A stretch of DNA of 64,000 bases from a virus (IMGVR_UViG_2852501635_000002:9493-73492); one strand, 5' to 3'. Shown: positions 1 to 9,838, counted from the first letter of the stretch. The notes: a model not told the origin generated them from the sequence alone. A program made the numbers and translations.

Positions 1-131
1 AAAAGGGCGCTGAAGCTGTTGTTAGTAGAATGGTTGATTATGCATTTGCTAACGCGAGCATTGCTACTAAGTTATTCCTTGAAGCTACCAAAACAAAACT
101 TGGATTTCATGACTAAGCCCATCCGTGGGCT

Positions 132-722
132 TTATCTCGCCGTAACCCCGAACTCACTGCTCGGCTGTTTTTTCAGTTTTAATGTTTTGCGTGTATCTGG
201 TGCTGATTTTTCTGGGAAATTTAACCAAGCAAACTCACCGTGTAATTGTTTTGCTGCTTCGTCGTATGCTTTGGCGGCTTCAATTTTGTTAGCATATAAA
301 CCTAAGTGAGTAACTTTACTGTTACAGCAAATTTGCGCTTGCCATTTTCTTACGGACTTCATCCAACTAACGCCTTTATAGCCGCTTTTGTTGTTGGCTC
401 TGATTCCTTGGTTGTGCTGGTTTTGGTTGTGAGTGCAAATTCGCAAATTTTCAATTCTGTTATTTAACTTGTCGCCGTCGATATGATCGATGTGCATATT
501 AGGGCAATTACCGTGAACTACCGCCCATATTGCCCTATGCTCTATTGCTTGACCTACCATTGACACATTTACTCGCCTGTATCCCCTGTGGTCTATAAAG
601 CAGGATAATGGCTCGCCTGTTTTCTCTTTTACTAGGCATCCTTTTTCACTGTCATAACAAATGCCTTTAAAATTTGATTTAACGTATTTGTCGCTGAATC
701 TCATTTGAAATACACCTCTCAT
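132..722 (-). CDS. HNH homing endonuclease with C-terminal AP2 domain
   Basis: HRAIW...IDHIDGDKLNNRIENLR motif, then SGYKGVSW..W.AQI..HLG...EAAKAYD AP2 motif. Confidence 0.9.
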   Translation of the reverse strand: MRGVFQMRFSDKYVKSNFKGICYDSEKGCLVKEKTGEPLSCFIDHRGYRRVNVSMVGQAIEHRAIWAVVHGNCPNMHIDHIDGDKLNNRIENLRICTHNQNQHNQGIRANNKSGYKGVSWMKSVRKWQAQICCNSKVTHLGLYANKIEAAKAYDEAAKQLHGEFAWLNFPEKSAPDTRKTLKLKKQPSSEFGVTAR

Positions 723-756
723 ATTTATAAGGAATATTTCTTATGAAATTGCATCT

Positions 757-823
757 CATTGCCGTTCTTACCTGAACCCGCCGAGTGCCCGACGCATGGT
801 TTAAAGTCGCGCCGTTCGACTAT
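757..823 (-). ncRNA. putL: putL-like RNA antiterminator (HK022 type)
   Basis: Minus strand ATAGTCGAACGGCGCGACTTTAAACCATGCGTCGGGCACTCGGCGGGTTCAGGTAAGAACGGCAATG closely matches HK022 putL as recalled; lies just downstream of oL. Confidence 0.85.
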
Positions 824-858
824 CTTTTATCTCTGGTTGCCCTTCGATGATTAAAATA

Positions 859-895
859 TACCTACAGGTAATTTAAAAGTAAATACCCAAAGGTA
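859..895. promoter_or_regulatory. oL operators (TACC-N4-GGTA at 859-870 and 884-895)
   Basis: Same palindrome recurs between cI and cro. Confidence 0.75.
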
Positions 896-1030
896 AACAA
901 TTTAACGCAAAAAGTTTACCTGATTGTTTTTTCAGATAATTTATTTTCAAAAAAATCTCAGATTGGAATGTAGGTCACTTATTTCGAGGGGAGAGGGCAC
1001 AAAAAAGCCCTCGCGTGGAGGGCTGGGAGA

Positions 1031-1855
1031 TTATCTTCTTTTAGGTTTTGTTCTATGCTTGCTTGTTTTTTTTCTAACTTCTGATCTGGCTACTTTATCT
1101 TCCCACCAATCTGGCATGGGCTCTGGGGTTACTTGTAGTATGTCTGCAATTGCAGAAATTAAACTATAAGATTGAATCCCATCTATATGTTCAGATAGAG
1201 TTGGTGATACATCTTGCCTTAATGGGTCTAAGATGAAGTCTATTCCTTTTGTTCTTGCGTGTTTAGCTGCCGGGACAAAATCTGAGTCACCAGCCACCAA
1301 AACCATTACATCTACTAATTTTTCATATGCAAGCATGGTTATATCCATGCCTAGCTTAATGTCTACAGCTTTTTGTTTTATGTCGTAATGAAAATCATCA
1401 TTGGTCAGTTGTTCCCATTTTTTCCGGCCAGCAAGAAGATCTTTGAGCGTGTGTTCATTTATTTGCCAACGCTTACTATCAACTAGTGTTCCCATTCTAA
1501 GGGCTGTTTTTCTGCTTTTCCTTAACTCTTCATGGAGTTCTGTTCTTAGAATATAAGATGGCTCTAGTTTAAAATTTTTCCTTGGTGGCGACGTGTGCCC
1601 TTTTTCGGCTGGCAACGGGTACCTTGTTTGTATATCAAGAGGTGGGCAATCGTAGAAATAAATTCGGTATAATTCCAGTGGAGATCTATGCTCATGAGAG
1701 CCATGTCTTTTGTTCAAGTGATACTGAACAAGCCCCCATATTAATTTCATTAGATGAGATGCATTTAAATCATGACCTTTAAAATGCTTACGCCTTACAG
1801 CGTTAACTCGTGAGATAAAGAATCCTGCATCAATAAGAATAGCTGTCTTTTTCAT
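1031..1855 (-). CDS. NYN-domain (PIN-like, LabA/DUF88) ribonuclease
   Basis: AILIDAGF, RIYFYD, QKAVDIKLGMD, LVAGDSDFVPA motifs. Confidence 0.9.
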   Translation of the reverse strand: MKKTAILIDAGFFISRVNAVRRKHFKGHDLNASHLMKLIWGLVQYHLNKRHGSHEHRSPLELYRIYFYDCPPLDIQTRYPLPAEKGHTSPPRKNFKLEPSYILRTELHEELRKSRKTALRMGTLVDSKRWQINEHTLKDLLAGRKKWEQLTNDDFHYDIKQKAVDIKLGMDITMLAYEKLVDVMVLVAGDSDFVPAAKHARTKGIDFILDPLRQDVSPTLSEHIDGIQSYSLISAIADILQVTPEPMPDWWEDKVARSEVRKKTSKHRTKPKRR

Positions 1856-1863
1856 AATCAAAT

Positions 1864-1921
1864 AAAAAACGCCCAGAGCCGTTATGTAGATATTAACTAT
1901 TGTCTACGAACGGGGCTGGGC
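1864..1921 (-). ncRNA. Long hairpin plus U-tract leader upstream of NYN gene (candidate RNA antitoxin or attenuator)
   Basis: GCCCAG-CCCCGTT-CGTAGA...TCTAC-ATAACGG-CTCTGGGC then GTTTTTT; TTGACA (1957-1962) and TAGTCT (1933-1938) promoter upstream. Confidence 0.5.
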
Positions 1922-2024
1922 TTGACGTCCTTAGACTATTCCAGTTGCCAACCCAATGTCAACAACTTTTTTAATTATTTTATATCAGACTTAGATGCCA
2001 CACCCTAAAACGTGTCGTCAGGCA

Positions 2025-2159
2025 TTATAGCCACGCTATACTCACAGCGATATAAAGTACAAATACCCAGAATGCACCTTTTACCAATAGGTAAATTAGA
2101 TTCCAGATTGCGGTATCTAAATTCACTAAAGCCTGAAAAAAATCATTTATATGTTTCAT
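2025..2159 (-). CDS. 44-aa hydrophobic membrane peptide flanked by 18-bp direct repeats
   Basis: Hand translation MKHINDFFQALVNLDTAIWNLIYLLVKGAFWVFVLYIAVSIAWL; repeats at 2006-2023 and 2160-2177. Confidence 0.55.
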   Translation of the reverse strand: MKHINDFFQALVNLDTAIWNLIYLLVKGAFWVFVLYIAVSIAWL

Positions 2160-2184
2160 TAAAACGTGTCGTCAGGCCATTGGG

Positions 2185-2883
2185 TTAGCCGTGGAACTTA
2201 TAGGTAATAGACTGGCTAACTAGCACCTTAGCGCATATATAAAGCCCATTAATAGCATCTTCGTCTAGATACCAAGTTTCATATCTAGGGTTGTCAGATA
2301 TAACTGCTAGGCGCTTGTACTGTTTCTGCAATCGCTTTATGTAGAGCTGGTTATCCAATACGAACACATAAATCCCGTCACCATCAAAAAAGTTTGTGGT
2401 TATATCTACGAATATCTGATCCCTAGGTTCGAACGTTTCAGCCATCGAATCACCTTTTACAGTGATCATCTTTATCGTATTTGAAGGTCTGCCACCGAAT
2501 AATCTTTTGGCTTCATCCGCTGAATACTCAATAGCCGTGATAGTCTCTATAAAATCATCGATAACCATCACGCCAGCACCTGCGCTCGCTTCTACGTCTA
2601 GTATTTCAACCTTGAACTTATCATTATGTTGTGGTGGGGTAAATTCTGATTCTGTTATACCATCCATCCATCCAGAAGGGAGTCCCAATGCTTTCTGAAT
2701 AGCTAAAACCATCTTATCCCCGATTCTCTTGTAACCAGCCTTTGTCGGTGGATACAGCATCCTAGATACATATGACTTATCCTTGCCTATAACACGAGAA
2801 AACTCTTCTTGCGTCTCATATCGGGAAACAAGTTCGGCTAGTTTTTGACGTCTTTTTTCATACAAATCATTTTCATCTTTCAT
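2185..2883 (-). CDS. cI: CI-like repressor (HTH plus S24 peptidase)
   Basis: N-terminal HTH, VKGDSM catalytic Ser and YIKRL Lys; divergent from cro. Confidence 0.92.
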   Translation of the reverse strand: MKDENDLYEKRRQKLAELVSRYETQEEFSRVIGKDKSYVSRMLYPPTKAGYKRIGDKMVLAIQKALGLPSGWMDGITESEFTPPQHNDKFKVEILDVEASAGAGVMVIDDFIETITAIEYSADEAKRLFGGRPSNTIKMITVKGDSMAETFEPRDQIFVDITTNFFDGDGIYVFVLDNQLYIKRLQKQYKRLAVISDNPRYETWYLDEDAINGLYICAKVLVSQSITYKFHG

Positions 2884-2904
2884 AACTAAATCATCTATCA
2901 AAAA

Positions 2905-2956
2905 TACCTTCTGGTAAATTGCCTATAGGTATTGATATTTAATTTACCTGCGGGTA
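2905..2956. promoter_or_regulatory. oR operators (2905-2916, 2920-2931, 2945-2956)
   Basis: TACCTTCTGGTA, TGCCTATAGGTA, TACCTGCGGGTA between cI and cro. Confidence 0.75.
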
Positions 2957-2991
2957 TATTTATTCTATGTTTAGGTAAACAAGGACAACAA

Positions 2992-3219
2992 ATGGAACAA
3001 TTACGGATATTCCTAAATTCCCTTTCTGTTTCTGAGCAAGAGATGTTTGCTAAAAAATGCGGAACTTCAATTGGTTACCTCAGAAAAGCTTTAGCAAAGG
3101 GCTCAAAACTAGGAGTTGCCTTATGTGTGGCAATTGAAGTTAACAGTAACTCAAAAGTAACCAGAAAAGACCTCTACCCAGATGATTGGGAAAAGAACTG
3201 GCCTGAACTGGCAGCTTAA
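2992..3219 (+). CDS. cro: Cro/YdaS-like repressor
   Basis: FAKKCGTSIGYLRK HTH, VTRKDLYPDDW tail, position. Confidence 0.85.
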   Translation: MEQLRIFLNSLSVSEQEMFAKKCGTSIGYLRKALAKGSKLGVALCVAIEVNSNSKVTRKDLYPDDWEKNWPELAA

Positions 3220-3242
3220 TAAAGATTAAAAACAAAGCAGTA

Positions 3243-3294
3243 ACTGAACGGCACAGTATATTGTCGGCCCCGAGGATCTGCCAAAACGGATGGC
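3243..3294 (+). ncRNA. putR: putR-like RNA antiterminator
   Basis: ACT-GAACGGCAC-AGT...GTCGG...GGATGGC shares putL architecture; located after cro where nutR would be. Confidence 0.65.
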
Positions 3295-3421
3295 TAAAAG
3301 TCGGATGAGGGAGAAAGAGACACTATCCCGACAATTATCAACAATCCGCTCATATGGAATGAGCCACGGATCATTACTGCTGTTCCCAATATGGGAAGTA
3401 ATCTAAGAAGGAATTTAACAA

Positions 3422-3754
3422 ATGGAATTATCAAACGAACGCAAATTTCGAGAAATCGAATCAAAAATCATGAAAGGGATACTTGTTACTGGCGCTAGAG
3501 AAGTAGCGAAAAGAACGGGTATTCACGAATCACAAATATCTCGCTGGCAATCTCAACAATCTAAAACGCAATTAAGCTTCATACAACGTTGTGCAAGGCT
3601 TTTAGTTGCTATTGGGTATGAGACACCAGATGACACAGTGATATTGCAAGGTGATGAGGCTAGGGCGTTAATTCAGATGCTTGAACATGTCAAAGCACCA
3701 AAAAGAAAAGCCCCAGCGGTAACTGAGGCTTCTCAACAAATGGACTTAATTTAA
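3422..3754 (+). CDS. cII: CII-like activator
   Basis: GAREVAKRTGIHESQISRW matches lambda CII HTH. Confidence 0.88.
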   Translation: MELSNERKFREIESKIMKGILVTGAREVAKRTGIHESQISRWQSQQSKTQLSFIQRCARLLVAIGYETPDDTVILQGDEARALIQMLEHVKAPKRKAPAVTEASQQMDLI

Positions 3755-3775
3755 CAACAACCCAATGAGGTAATT

Positions 3776-4459
3776 ATGAATCAAATAACTACTTTAGTAA
3801 ACAGTGGTGAATTAACCATGAGTAGTCGTGAAATTGCAGACCTTACAGGCAAGAGACACGACAATGTGATGGCTGATATCCGTAAGATGTTGGTTGAAAT
3901 TCAATCTCCTGAAAAGTTAGGAGATTACATAGACACTAAAAACAGAACACAGCAAATGCTTCTGCTCAACAAAGAAGAATGTTTGTGTCTGATTTCTGGT
4001 TACAGCATCAAGTTAAGAATGGCAATCATTAAACGCTGGCAAGAACTTGAATCTCAAAAATCCCTCATACCTCAAACGCTGCCAGAAGCTTTACGACTCG
4101 CTGCTGACTTGGCAGAGCAAAAACAAATCGCAGAACAGAAATTAGCAATTGCAGCGCCTAAAGCTGAATTTGTTGATCGCTATGTTCAAGCTACTGGATT
4201 GCTGGGTTTTAGAGAGACAAGCAAATTACTAAAAGTAAAAGAGAACTTCTTTAGAGAATTTCTACTTTCAAAACGAATTATGTACAAGTTGGCTGGAAAA
4301 TTAACACCTTATTCAGAACACCTTGACGCAGGGCGTTTTGATGTAAAAACAGGTGAGAATCAAATCAACGGTCACGCATACACACAAGTTAAATTTACGC
4401 CTAAAGGAATTCAGTGGATCGCTGGGTTACTGGCTAGAGAGCAATTGGAGGCAGCATGA
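3776..4459 (+). CDS. Rha plus KilAC (Roi-like) antirepressor-family protein
   Basis: TMSSREIADLTGKRHDNV Rha domain; PQTLPEALRLAAD...APKAEFVD...FTPKG KilAC domain. Confidence 0.88.
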   Translation: MNQITTLVNSGELTMSSREIADLTGKRHDNVMADIRKMLVEIQSPEKLGDYIDTKNRTQQMLLLNKEECLCLISGYSIKLRMAIIKRWQELESQKSLIPQTLPEALRLAADLAEQKQIAEQKLAIAAPKAEFVDRYVQATGLLGFRETSKLLKVKENFFREFLLSKRIMYKLAGKLTPYSEHLDAGRFDVKTGENQINGHAYTQVKFTPKGIQWIAGLLAREQLEAA

Positions 4460-5394
4460 CAGATACAGCGGAGGTATTCCAGTTCCCTGCAATCAAGCAG
4501 GAGGAAAAGAGAGTGGCGAGCCTTGATGAAGGTTATTTTCGTCTAGCTACAAGCATAGGAAATTTAAAGCCTAAATTAAAAATGTCTGGACATGAGCACC
4601 AAGTGTTTGATGCTGTAATTATGTGTACGTTCGGATGGAATAAATCAGAAGATAAGGTAACGAACACGTACCTAGCAGAAATGACAGAGCTTGATGATTC
4701 AGATATCAATAAGGCGCTAAATAAGCTAGCTAATAGACGAATAATAAATTTAAGAAAATCAGGAGGTTTTAAAATTGTTAGCGTCAATAAAAACCTCAAT
4801 GATTGGGTTCTAAATAGACAAAAAACATCAACTACTAAAACACCCAAAAAGTCGGGTAAAACCACCCATAATGTTGGGTGTTTTAACCTTTCAAGTTTGG
4901 AGATATCACCCAACACCAAAGACAGTCTTACCAAAGATAATAATATTAATAATTCTTCGTCCGAGAATTCTAACGAATCCTCTGACAGACCATCTGAAAA
5001 AGTTTTATCCGTTAAGCCTGATGCGGTTGTTAGTTCACCCAAAGGTAACAAATGGGGTAATGCTGATGACTTGAAAGCTGCTCAATGGATTTACTCGCAA
5101 GTCCTGATTGTAAGTCCTACGGCTAAAGAGCCTAACTGGTCGTCATGGGCTAACGATATTCGCCTGATGAGGCAACTAGACGGGCATACCCACCAAGATA
5201 TTTGCAGAATATTTAAGTGGGCTAATCGTGACTCGTTCTGGTGTAGCAACGTGTTATCTCCCGCAAAGTTACGTGAGAAATGGGACACATTGACCATACA
5301 GAGCCAACAACCCAATCGAGGTAAGCGACAGGTTGATCCTGAACCAGCACAGAGCTGGAATACTCGTGAAGCATGGGAGAATGATTTTATATGA
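4456..5394 (+). CDS. Replication initiator, lambda O-like (iterons ~4835-4915)
   Basis: VASLDEGY, TFGWNK, WANDIRLMR, FWCSNVLSPAKLREKWD. Confidence 0.9.
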   Translation: MTDTAEVFQFPAIKQEEKRVASLDEGYFRLATSIGNLKPKLKMSGHEHQVFDAVIMCTFGWNKSEDKVTNTYLAEMTELDDSDINKALNKLANRRIINLRKSGGFKIVSVNKNLNDWVLNRQKTSTTKTPKKSGKTTHNVGCFNLSSLEISPNTKDSLTKDNNINNSSSENSNESSDRPSEKVLSVKPDAVVSSPKGNKWGNADDLKAAQWIYSQVLIVSPTAKEPNWSSWANDIRLMRQLDGHTHQDICRIFKWANRDSFWCSNVLSPAKLREKWDTLTIQSQQPNRGKRQVDPEPAQSWNTREAWENDFI

Positions 5395-6077
5395 AGACTA
5401 ATCTGGCTACTGCAATCGCTAATCGTGATGCAGGCACATTGGCTAGAATGGCTCAGGGTAGCACCCCGCAAAAAGTTGTAAATAATCATGCTGAGCAACT
5501 AGTCGATGTATTATTCCGAAATCTGAAACAAATATTCCCAGCCTCAGTAAACACCATTTTCAAAAACGAGTCAGAGGAGCTTACTGCAAAGCGACAATGG
5601 ATCGCCGCCTTTGCAGAAAATGGAATTACTACCAGAGAGCAACTTCAAAACGGTATGCGACATGCAAGAGCAAGTGATAACCCTTTCTGGCCTGCTGTTG
5701 GTCAATTTATCAAGTGGTGCAAGGAAGAAGATTATGTGGCTCTTGGCTTGCCTGACGAGGAACAACTTTACGAACTCTATCGAGAATACTGCAAAATGCG
5801 TGGCTGGCGTGAAATGAAATGGCCCTCAAATGCTTGCTACTGGATGGTTACCAAAATTTATTCTGAGATGCGAAGTAAAAGCCTAACGGATAGTGAGGTT
5901 AAAAAGCTTTGCGCCAAAGAGTTAAGAACCATGACTGTAAGAATCAAATCAGGTGAAACTATTCCAGCGCCAGTTAAACAAATACCTCAGTTACACATTC
6001 CAACCAGCAAAGAAAGATCATTAGAACACCTTGCTTCAATTAGAAAGAAATTAAATATTAACCCTAAATCTATTTAA
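5391..6077 (+). CDS. Replication protein P (helicase loader)
   Basis: [28 protein letters not shown]. Confidence 0.9.
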   Translation: MKTNLATAIANRDAGTLARMAQGSTPQKVVNNHAEQLVDVLFRNLKQIFPASVNTIFKNESEELTAKRQWIAAFAENGITTREQLQNGMRHARASDNPFWPAVGQFIKWCKEEDYVALGLPDEEQLYELYREYCKMRGWREMKWPSNACYWMVTKIYSEMRSKSLTDSEVKKLCAKELRTMTVRIKSGETIPAPVKQIPQLHIPTSKERSLEHLASIRKKLNINPKSI

Positions 6078-6087
6078 GGAAATAAAC

Positions 6088-6999
6088 ATGAACTTTTTCA
6101 AAAATGCGATTGTATATCGTATAACTCGTGACATTCAAATTTCAGCAGAACAACTTGAAGAGGCATTAAAAACTTTAGAATTTACACCATGTAGTAGCCA
6201 AGATATGAGTCGCGCTGGCTGGGTGTCACCACTTGGTAATCACGGTCAGATGTTAACTCATGTTGCTGGCAATCAGATTTTACTCTGCCTCAGAAAAGAA
6301 GAAAAAATATTGCCATCGACAGTTATCAAGGAAGCTCTACAAGAAAAAATAGAAAAACTCGAAAATGAGCAAGGTCGCAAGCTGAAAAAGACAGAAAAAG
6401 CGACATTAAAAGATGAGGTTATTCACTCTCTCTTACCTCGCGCATTCAGTAAATATTCTCAAACTCAGATCTGGATTGACTTGGATAAGCAACGAATTAT
6501 CGTTGATGCCAGTAGTTATAAACGCGCAGAAGATTCACTTGCGCTACTCCGTAAGACACTAGGCTCACTGCCAGTCATTCCACTTCACACCGAGCAACTA
6601 ATCGAGCTAACACTTACCGAATGGGTCCGTAACAATGACACCCCATCAGGATTTATGCTTCATGACGAAGCTGAGTTAAAAGCGGTGTTAGAGGAAGGCG
6701 GTATTGCTAAGTTTAAAAAGCAAGATTTAGCTTCAGACGAAATTGCTACCCATATTGAAGCCGGTAAACATGTTACTCAGTTATCAATGGAGTGGCAAGA
6801 GCGCATCAGCTTCACGATAACCGATAGTCTTATGCTTAAGAAAATCAGCTTATCTGATGTTTTGAAAGAGCATAACGACGACATTCATCATGAAGATTAC
6901 GCTCAACGATTTGATGCTGATTTCATTCTGTTTACTGGTGAATTTTCCGTGCTGATCGATGAATTAGTATCTGCGCTAGGTGGCGAATCTAAGGCTTAA
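6088..6999 (+). CDS. rdgC: Recombination-associated protein RdgC (phage-borne)
   Basis: [42 protein letters not shown]. Confidence 0.92.
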   Translation: MNFFKNAIVYRITRDIQISAEQLEEALKTLEFTPCSSQDMSRAGWVSPLGNHGQMLTHVAGNQILLCLRKEEKILPSTVIKEALQEKIEKLENEQGRKLKKTEKATLKDEVIHSLLPRAFSKYSQTQIWIDLDKQRIIVDASSYKRAEDSLALLRKTLGSLPVIPLHTEQLIELTLTEWVRNNDTPSGFMLHDEAELKAVLEEGGIAKFKKQDLASDEIATHIEAGKHVTQLSMEWQERISFTITDSLMLKKISLSDVLKEHNDDIHHEDYAQRFDADFILFTGEFSVLIDELVSALGGESKA

Positions 7000-7018
7000 C
7001 ACGCAAGAGGATTTTTAG

Positions 7019-7354
7019 ATGAACATTAAACAATTACAGCAACAAATCCATCAACAAAATAAATCTGCTGGATGGTGGGATAACCCACGCGAAAAAGGAA
7101 CGTTACTCTGCCTTATTCATTCTGAAATTAGCGAGGCGATGGAGGGTGAGCGCAAAGACTTAATGGACGATCACTTGCCACATCGAAAAATGGCAGAGGT
7201 TGAACTTGCTGATGCTGTTATTCGTATTTTGGATTATGCCGAAGCTTTTGATTATGACATTGAAAGCGCAATAACTGAAAAGCTCGAATACAACAAACAT
7301 AGAGCAGATCATCAGCGTGAAAATCGCATCAAGAAGGGCGGAAAACAATTCTAA
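7019..7354 (+). CDS. MazG-like nucleotide pyrophosphohydrolase
   Basis: LIHSEISEAMEGERK...EVELADAVIRILD. Confidence 0.8.
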   Translation: MNIKQLQQQIHQQNKSAGWWDNPREKGTLLCLIHSEISEAMEGERKDLMDDHLPHRKMAEVELADAVIRILDYAEAFDYDIESAITEKLEYNKHRADHQRENRIKKGGKQF

Positions 7355-7367
7355 CAGGAGGCATCTA

Positions 7368-7661
7368 ATGCAGGGAACTAATTCAACCGAAAGAAAAATT
7401 AACATACCAGCCGAACTTAGTGAAAATACAGCAAATCTTGTTGTTAAATTTGCTGAAGCCATGGCAGAAAAATTACATAAGTCTGAGAAAAAATACGGGT
7501 ATTCAGACGAATGGATGGCTAATAGCTGGGGGTTGGATTGTAAGAATCAATTCATGCGACACATACAGAAAGGCGATCCTGTTGATGTGGCTAATTATTG
7601 CGCGTTTATGTTTTATCACGGCTGGTCAACTATGCTCCCACCAATGCCAGAGGGTGAATGA
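7368..7661 (+). CDS. Conserved phage hypothetical protein
   Basis: RBS AGGAGG; KGDPVDVANYCAF motif. Confidence 0.7.
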   Translation: MQGTNSTERKINIPAELSENTANLVVKFAEAMAEKLHKSEKKYGYSDEWMANSWGLDCKNQFMRHIQKGDPVDVANYCAFMFYHGWSTMLPPMPEGE

Positions 7662-7777
7662 TGAACGAACGCAAATTAAGACTAGAAGCTATAGCAATTT
7701 GGCAAAAGCTAATTTTGCAAGCTAAGCGAAAATACCAATGGTGGGAGTTGTAGCAGCATGGAACAGGAGAGCTAACA

Positions 7778-7996
7778 GTGAGTGACCTAATAACATTGAT
7801 GTACAAAATCAGCATGAACCTATTTTGTGGGTTAGGCTTTGCAATGGCATTTATCATGCTGAAAGTATTTGATGGGGATAATAACTGGTTCGTTATCACG
7901 ATGAAGGTTATATCAGCAGCAGCGATAATCCTCTGGTTAATATCTATGGCGTACATTTGTTTTTTCTTATTCAACAACGTGTTTCTGGAAAAATGA
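7778..7996 (+). CDS. Small membrane protein
   Basis: Two hydrophobic segments, RBS. Confidence 0.5.
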   Translation: MSDLITLMYKISMNLFCGLGFAMAFIMLKVFDGDNNWFVITMKVISAAAIILWLISMAYICFFLFNNVFLEK

Positions 7997-8009
7997 ATAG
8001 GAGGCTAAC

Positions 8010-8453
8010 TTGGAAGCAGATTTTCTCTTCCACGAATCAACCAAAAATACCGCATGGCAACATCTCAAAGAAGTTCTAGCAACAAACCAACCACACCGAA
8101 TCACTATCAAGCCTTGGAAAAACAAGCGTTCACTATCTCAGAATTCCACTTTTCATTTGTGGTGCTCAGAGATAAGTAAATACCTATGTAAGAACAAAGC
8201 CAATTACACACCAGAAACCGTTAAGGAGATGCTTAAGCATACATTCCTAGGTTACGAGGTGGTCGATATGGTTGACGTTACTACACAGCTTACAGAGCGC
8301 GTAAGGACACTTCGGAAAACATCAAAACTTGATACTGGTGAAATGTTCCACTTCATGGGGCAGGTTGAGCGCTGGGCGGTAGGTATAGGTTGTTTCGTGA
8401 CGATACCAAACAATTCGGAATACATGAAACTCAAGGAGCAGCAAGAGAGATGA
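8010..8453 (+). CDS. NinB/YbcN-family protein
   Basis: KRSLSQNSTFHLW...TSKLDTGEMFHF. Confidence 0.85.
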   Translation: MEADFLFHESTKNTAWQHLKEVLATNQPHRITIKPWKNKRSLSQNSTFHLWCSEISKYLCKNKANYTPETVKEMLKHTFLGYEVVDMVDVTTQLTERVRTLRKTSKLDTGEMFHFMGQVERWAVGIGCFVTIPNNSEYMKLKEQQER

Positions 8454-8809
8454 AACTTAAAAATATTTTAGATGCCATGCGGTGTGGAGCTAACTGGTTA
8501 TTTGGAATGTATCAGCGTCCATACCTTAAAGAGTGGGATGATTATCTAAATTACCTGATCGACGAATGTAGTATTGCTGATGAGCGTTATCGCGTAATCA
8601 TATTTAATGATGGCGGTGAAAAAGTAGAGGTTTGGAAAGAAAATAAATACTACGGATATGGCAATCAACACAATGTTTCTGGTGGTGAGGCGTATGAGTT
8701 CAGGCCGTCATTCAGAACGATAATTAAATTATCAAACCTAGTTGATAGTCGTGAGAAGAATCGAGTGAGTTCTTTCGCCCGTGAGCTAAAGCAGAAGGTG
8801 AGAAAATGA
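8450..8809 (+). CDS. Hypothetical nin-region protein
   Basis: Coupled ATGA overlap, no recognised motif. Confidence 0.6.
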   Translation: MKLKNILDAMRCGANWLFGMYQRPYLKEWDDYLNYLIDECSIADERYRVIIFNDGGEKVEVWKENKYYGYGNQHNVSGGEAYEFRPSFRTIIKLSNLVDSREKNRVSSFARELKQKVRK

Positions 8810-9030
8810 CAGACAACGTAAATAACCCGCCACACTACGCATCAGGTGATATTGAATGCATAGATGCCATTAAAGCCAGCATGACTAAGGAGGCGTTTCT
8901 AGGCTATCTCAAGGGCAATATTCAAAAGTATGTCTGGCGATACGAAAAGAAAATTAATCCAGTCGAAGATTTGAAAAAGGCTCGTTGGTATATGAGTCGA
9001 CTCGTTGAAGAAGTGGAGACTGAAAAATGA
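8806..9030 (+). CDS. DUF3310 protein
   Basis: DNVNNPPHY...IECID...GNIQKYVWRY.KK..VEDLKKARWY. Confidence 0.88.
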   Translation: MTDNVNNPPHYASGDIECIDAIKASMTKEAFLGYLKGNIQKYVWRYEKKINPVEDLKKARWYMSRLVEEVETEK

Positions 9031-9145
9031 CGCCAGAAGAAAAGTTAAAGCAATATGACGAGAAGTTAGAAGAGGCTCAGAAATTGGTTCGATTTATCGA
9101 AGAAAGTCGCCGTGAGCACATTAACCGCTACAACTTAAACAGGAA

Positions 9146-9601
9146 GTGATCATGACTGAAGAACAATACAGGACTTATGCACAAGTGATAGTGGCTGGTC
9201 GTGAGTTTATCTCATTTAATCACAACACCATTTCAGCGGTAACAGGATTAACGCCAGCAAGAGTTGGAACTATTTTAAGAAAGTTGCTTGCATTCCAGTG
9301 TGTGGAGCATGTCGAAACAAAGAGCCGTAAACGCACTCGCCCAATCAATAACTACGCAGTAACAGACGATGCAATTACTCGACTGAGAAGCCAGTTTGAA
9401 AAAGAGCGTCTGGCTAACCTTCCACTCTTCCCTAAAGCTAAAAAGATTGAAGCAAAGAAACCTAGAAAAGTGCTGGATGATTTTATGTGTGGATTGTTAT
9501 TTGTCGATAAAGCCAACGTCTCAGGCATGGGTAATCCGATGTTGATGAAAATAGACTCGTTACTCAAAGGGGTTCGCAATGAACTGCATGTCATGCAATA
9601 G
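9146..9601 (+). CDS. Hypothetical protein, possible winged helix
   Basis: ORF in nin operon. Confidence 0.55.
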   Translation: MIMTEEQYRTYAQVIVAGREFISFNHNTISAVTGLTPARVGTILRKLLAFQCVEHVETKSRKRTRPINNYAVTDDAITRLRSQFEKERLANLPLFPKAKKIEAKKPRKVLDDFMCGLLFVDKANVSGMGNPMLMKIDSLLKGVRNELHVMQ

Positions 9602-9701
9602 ATCACTAACAGATGATGAAATTTACGTGTGTAGCAAGTGTGCTGATGAATACGCTCATTTGGAAGTGATGGAGAAAATCAAAGGAGAGGGAGATGAGTA
9701 G
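9579..9701 (+). CDS. NinF-like zinc-finger peptide
   Basis: Hand translation MNCMSCNRSLTDDEIYVCSKCADEY... Confidence 0.6.
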   Translation: MNCMSCNRSLTDDEIYVCSKCADEYAHLEVMEKIKGEGDE

Positions 9702-9838
9702 CAAGTCATTACGAAAAGCACTTAAAGAAAATCCTGAATGGGTAAAGCGATATCTTGGGCTAGATAAACCATCAAAAATACGAACCCGCCACGTAATTCT
9801 ATTCTTTTCGATTATCACATTGTTAATGGGGATCGTGT

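Noticed and set aside
2082-2093. Extra CI operator TACCAATAGGTA
   Set aside because: Matches the operator consensus but lies inside a small ORF away from pL and pR; may be chance, so not listed
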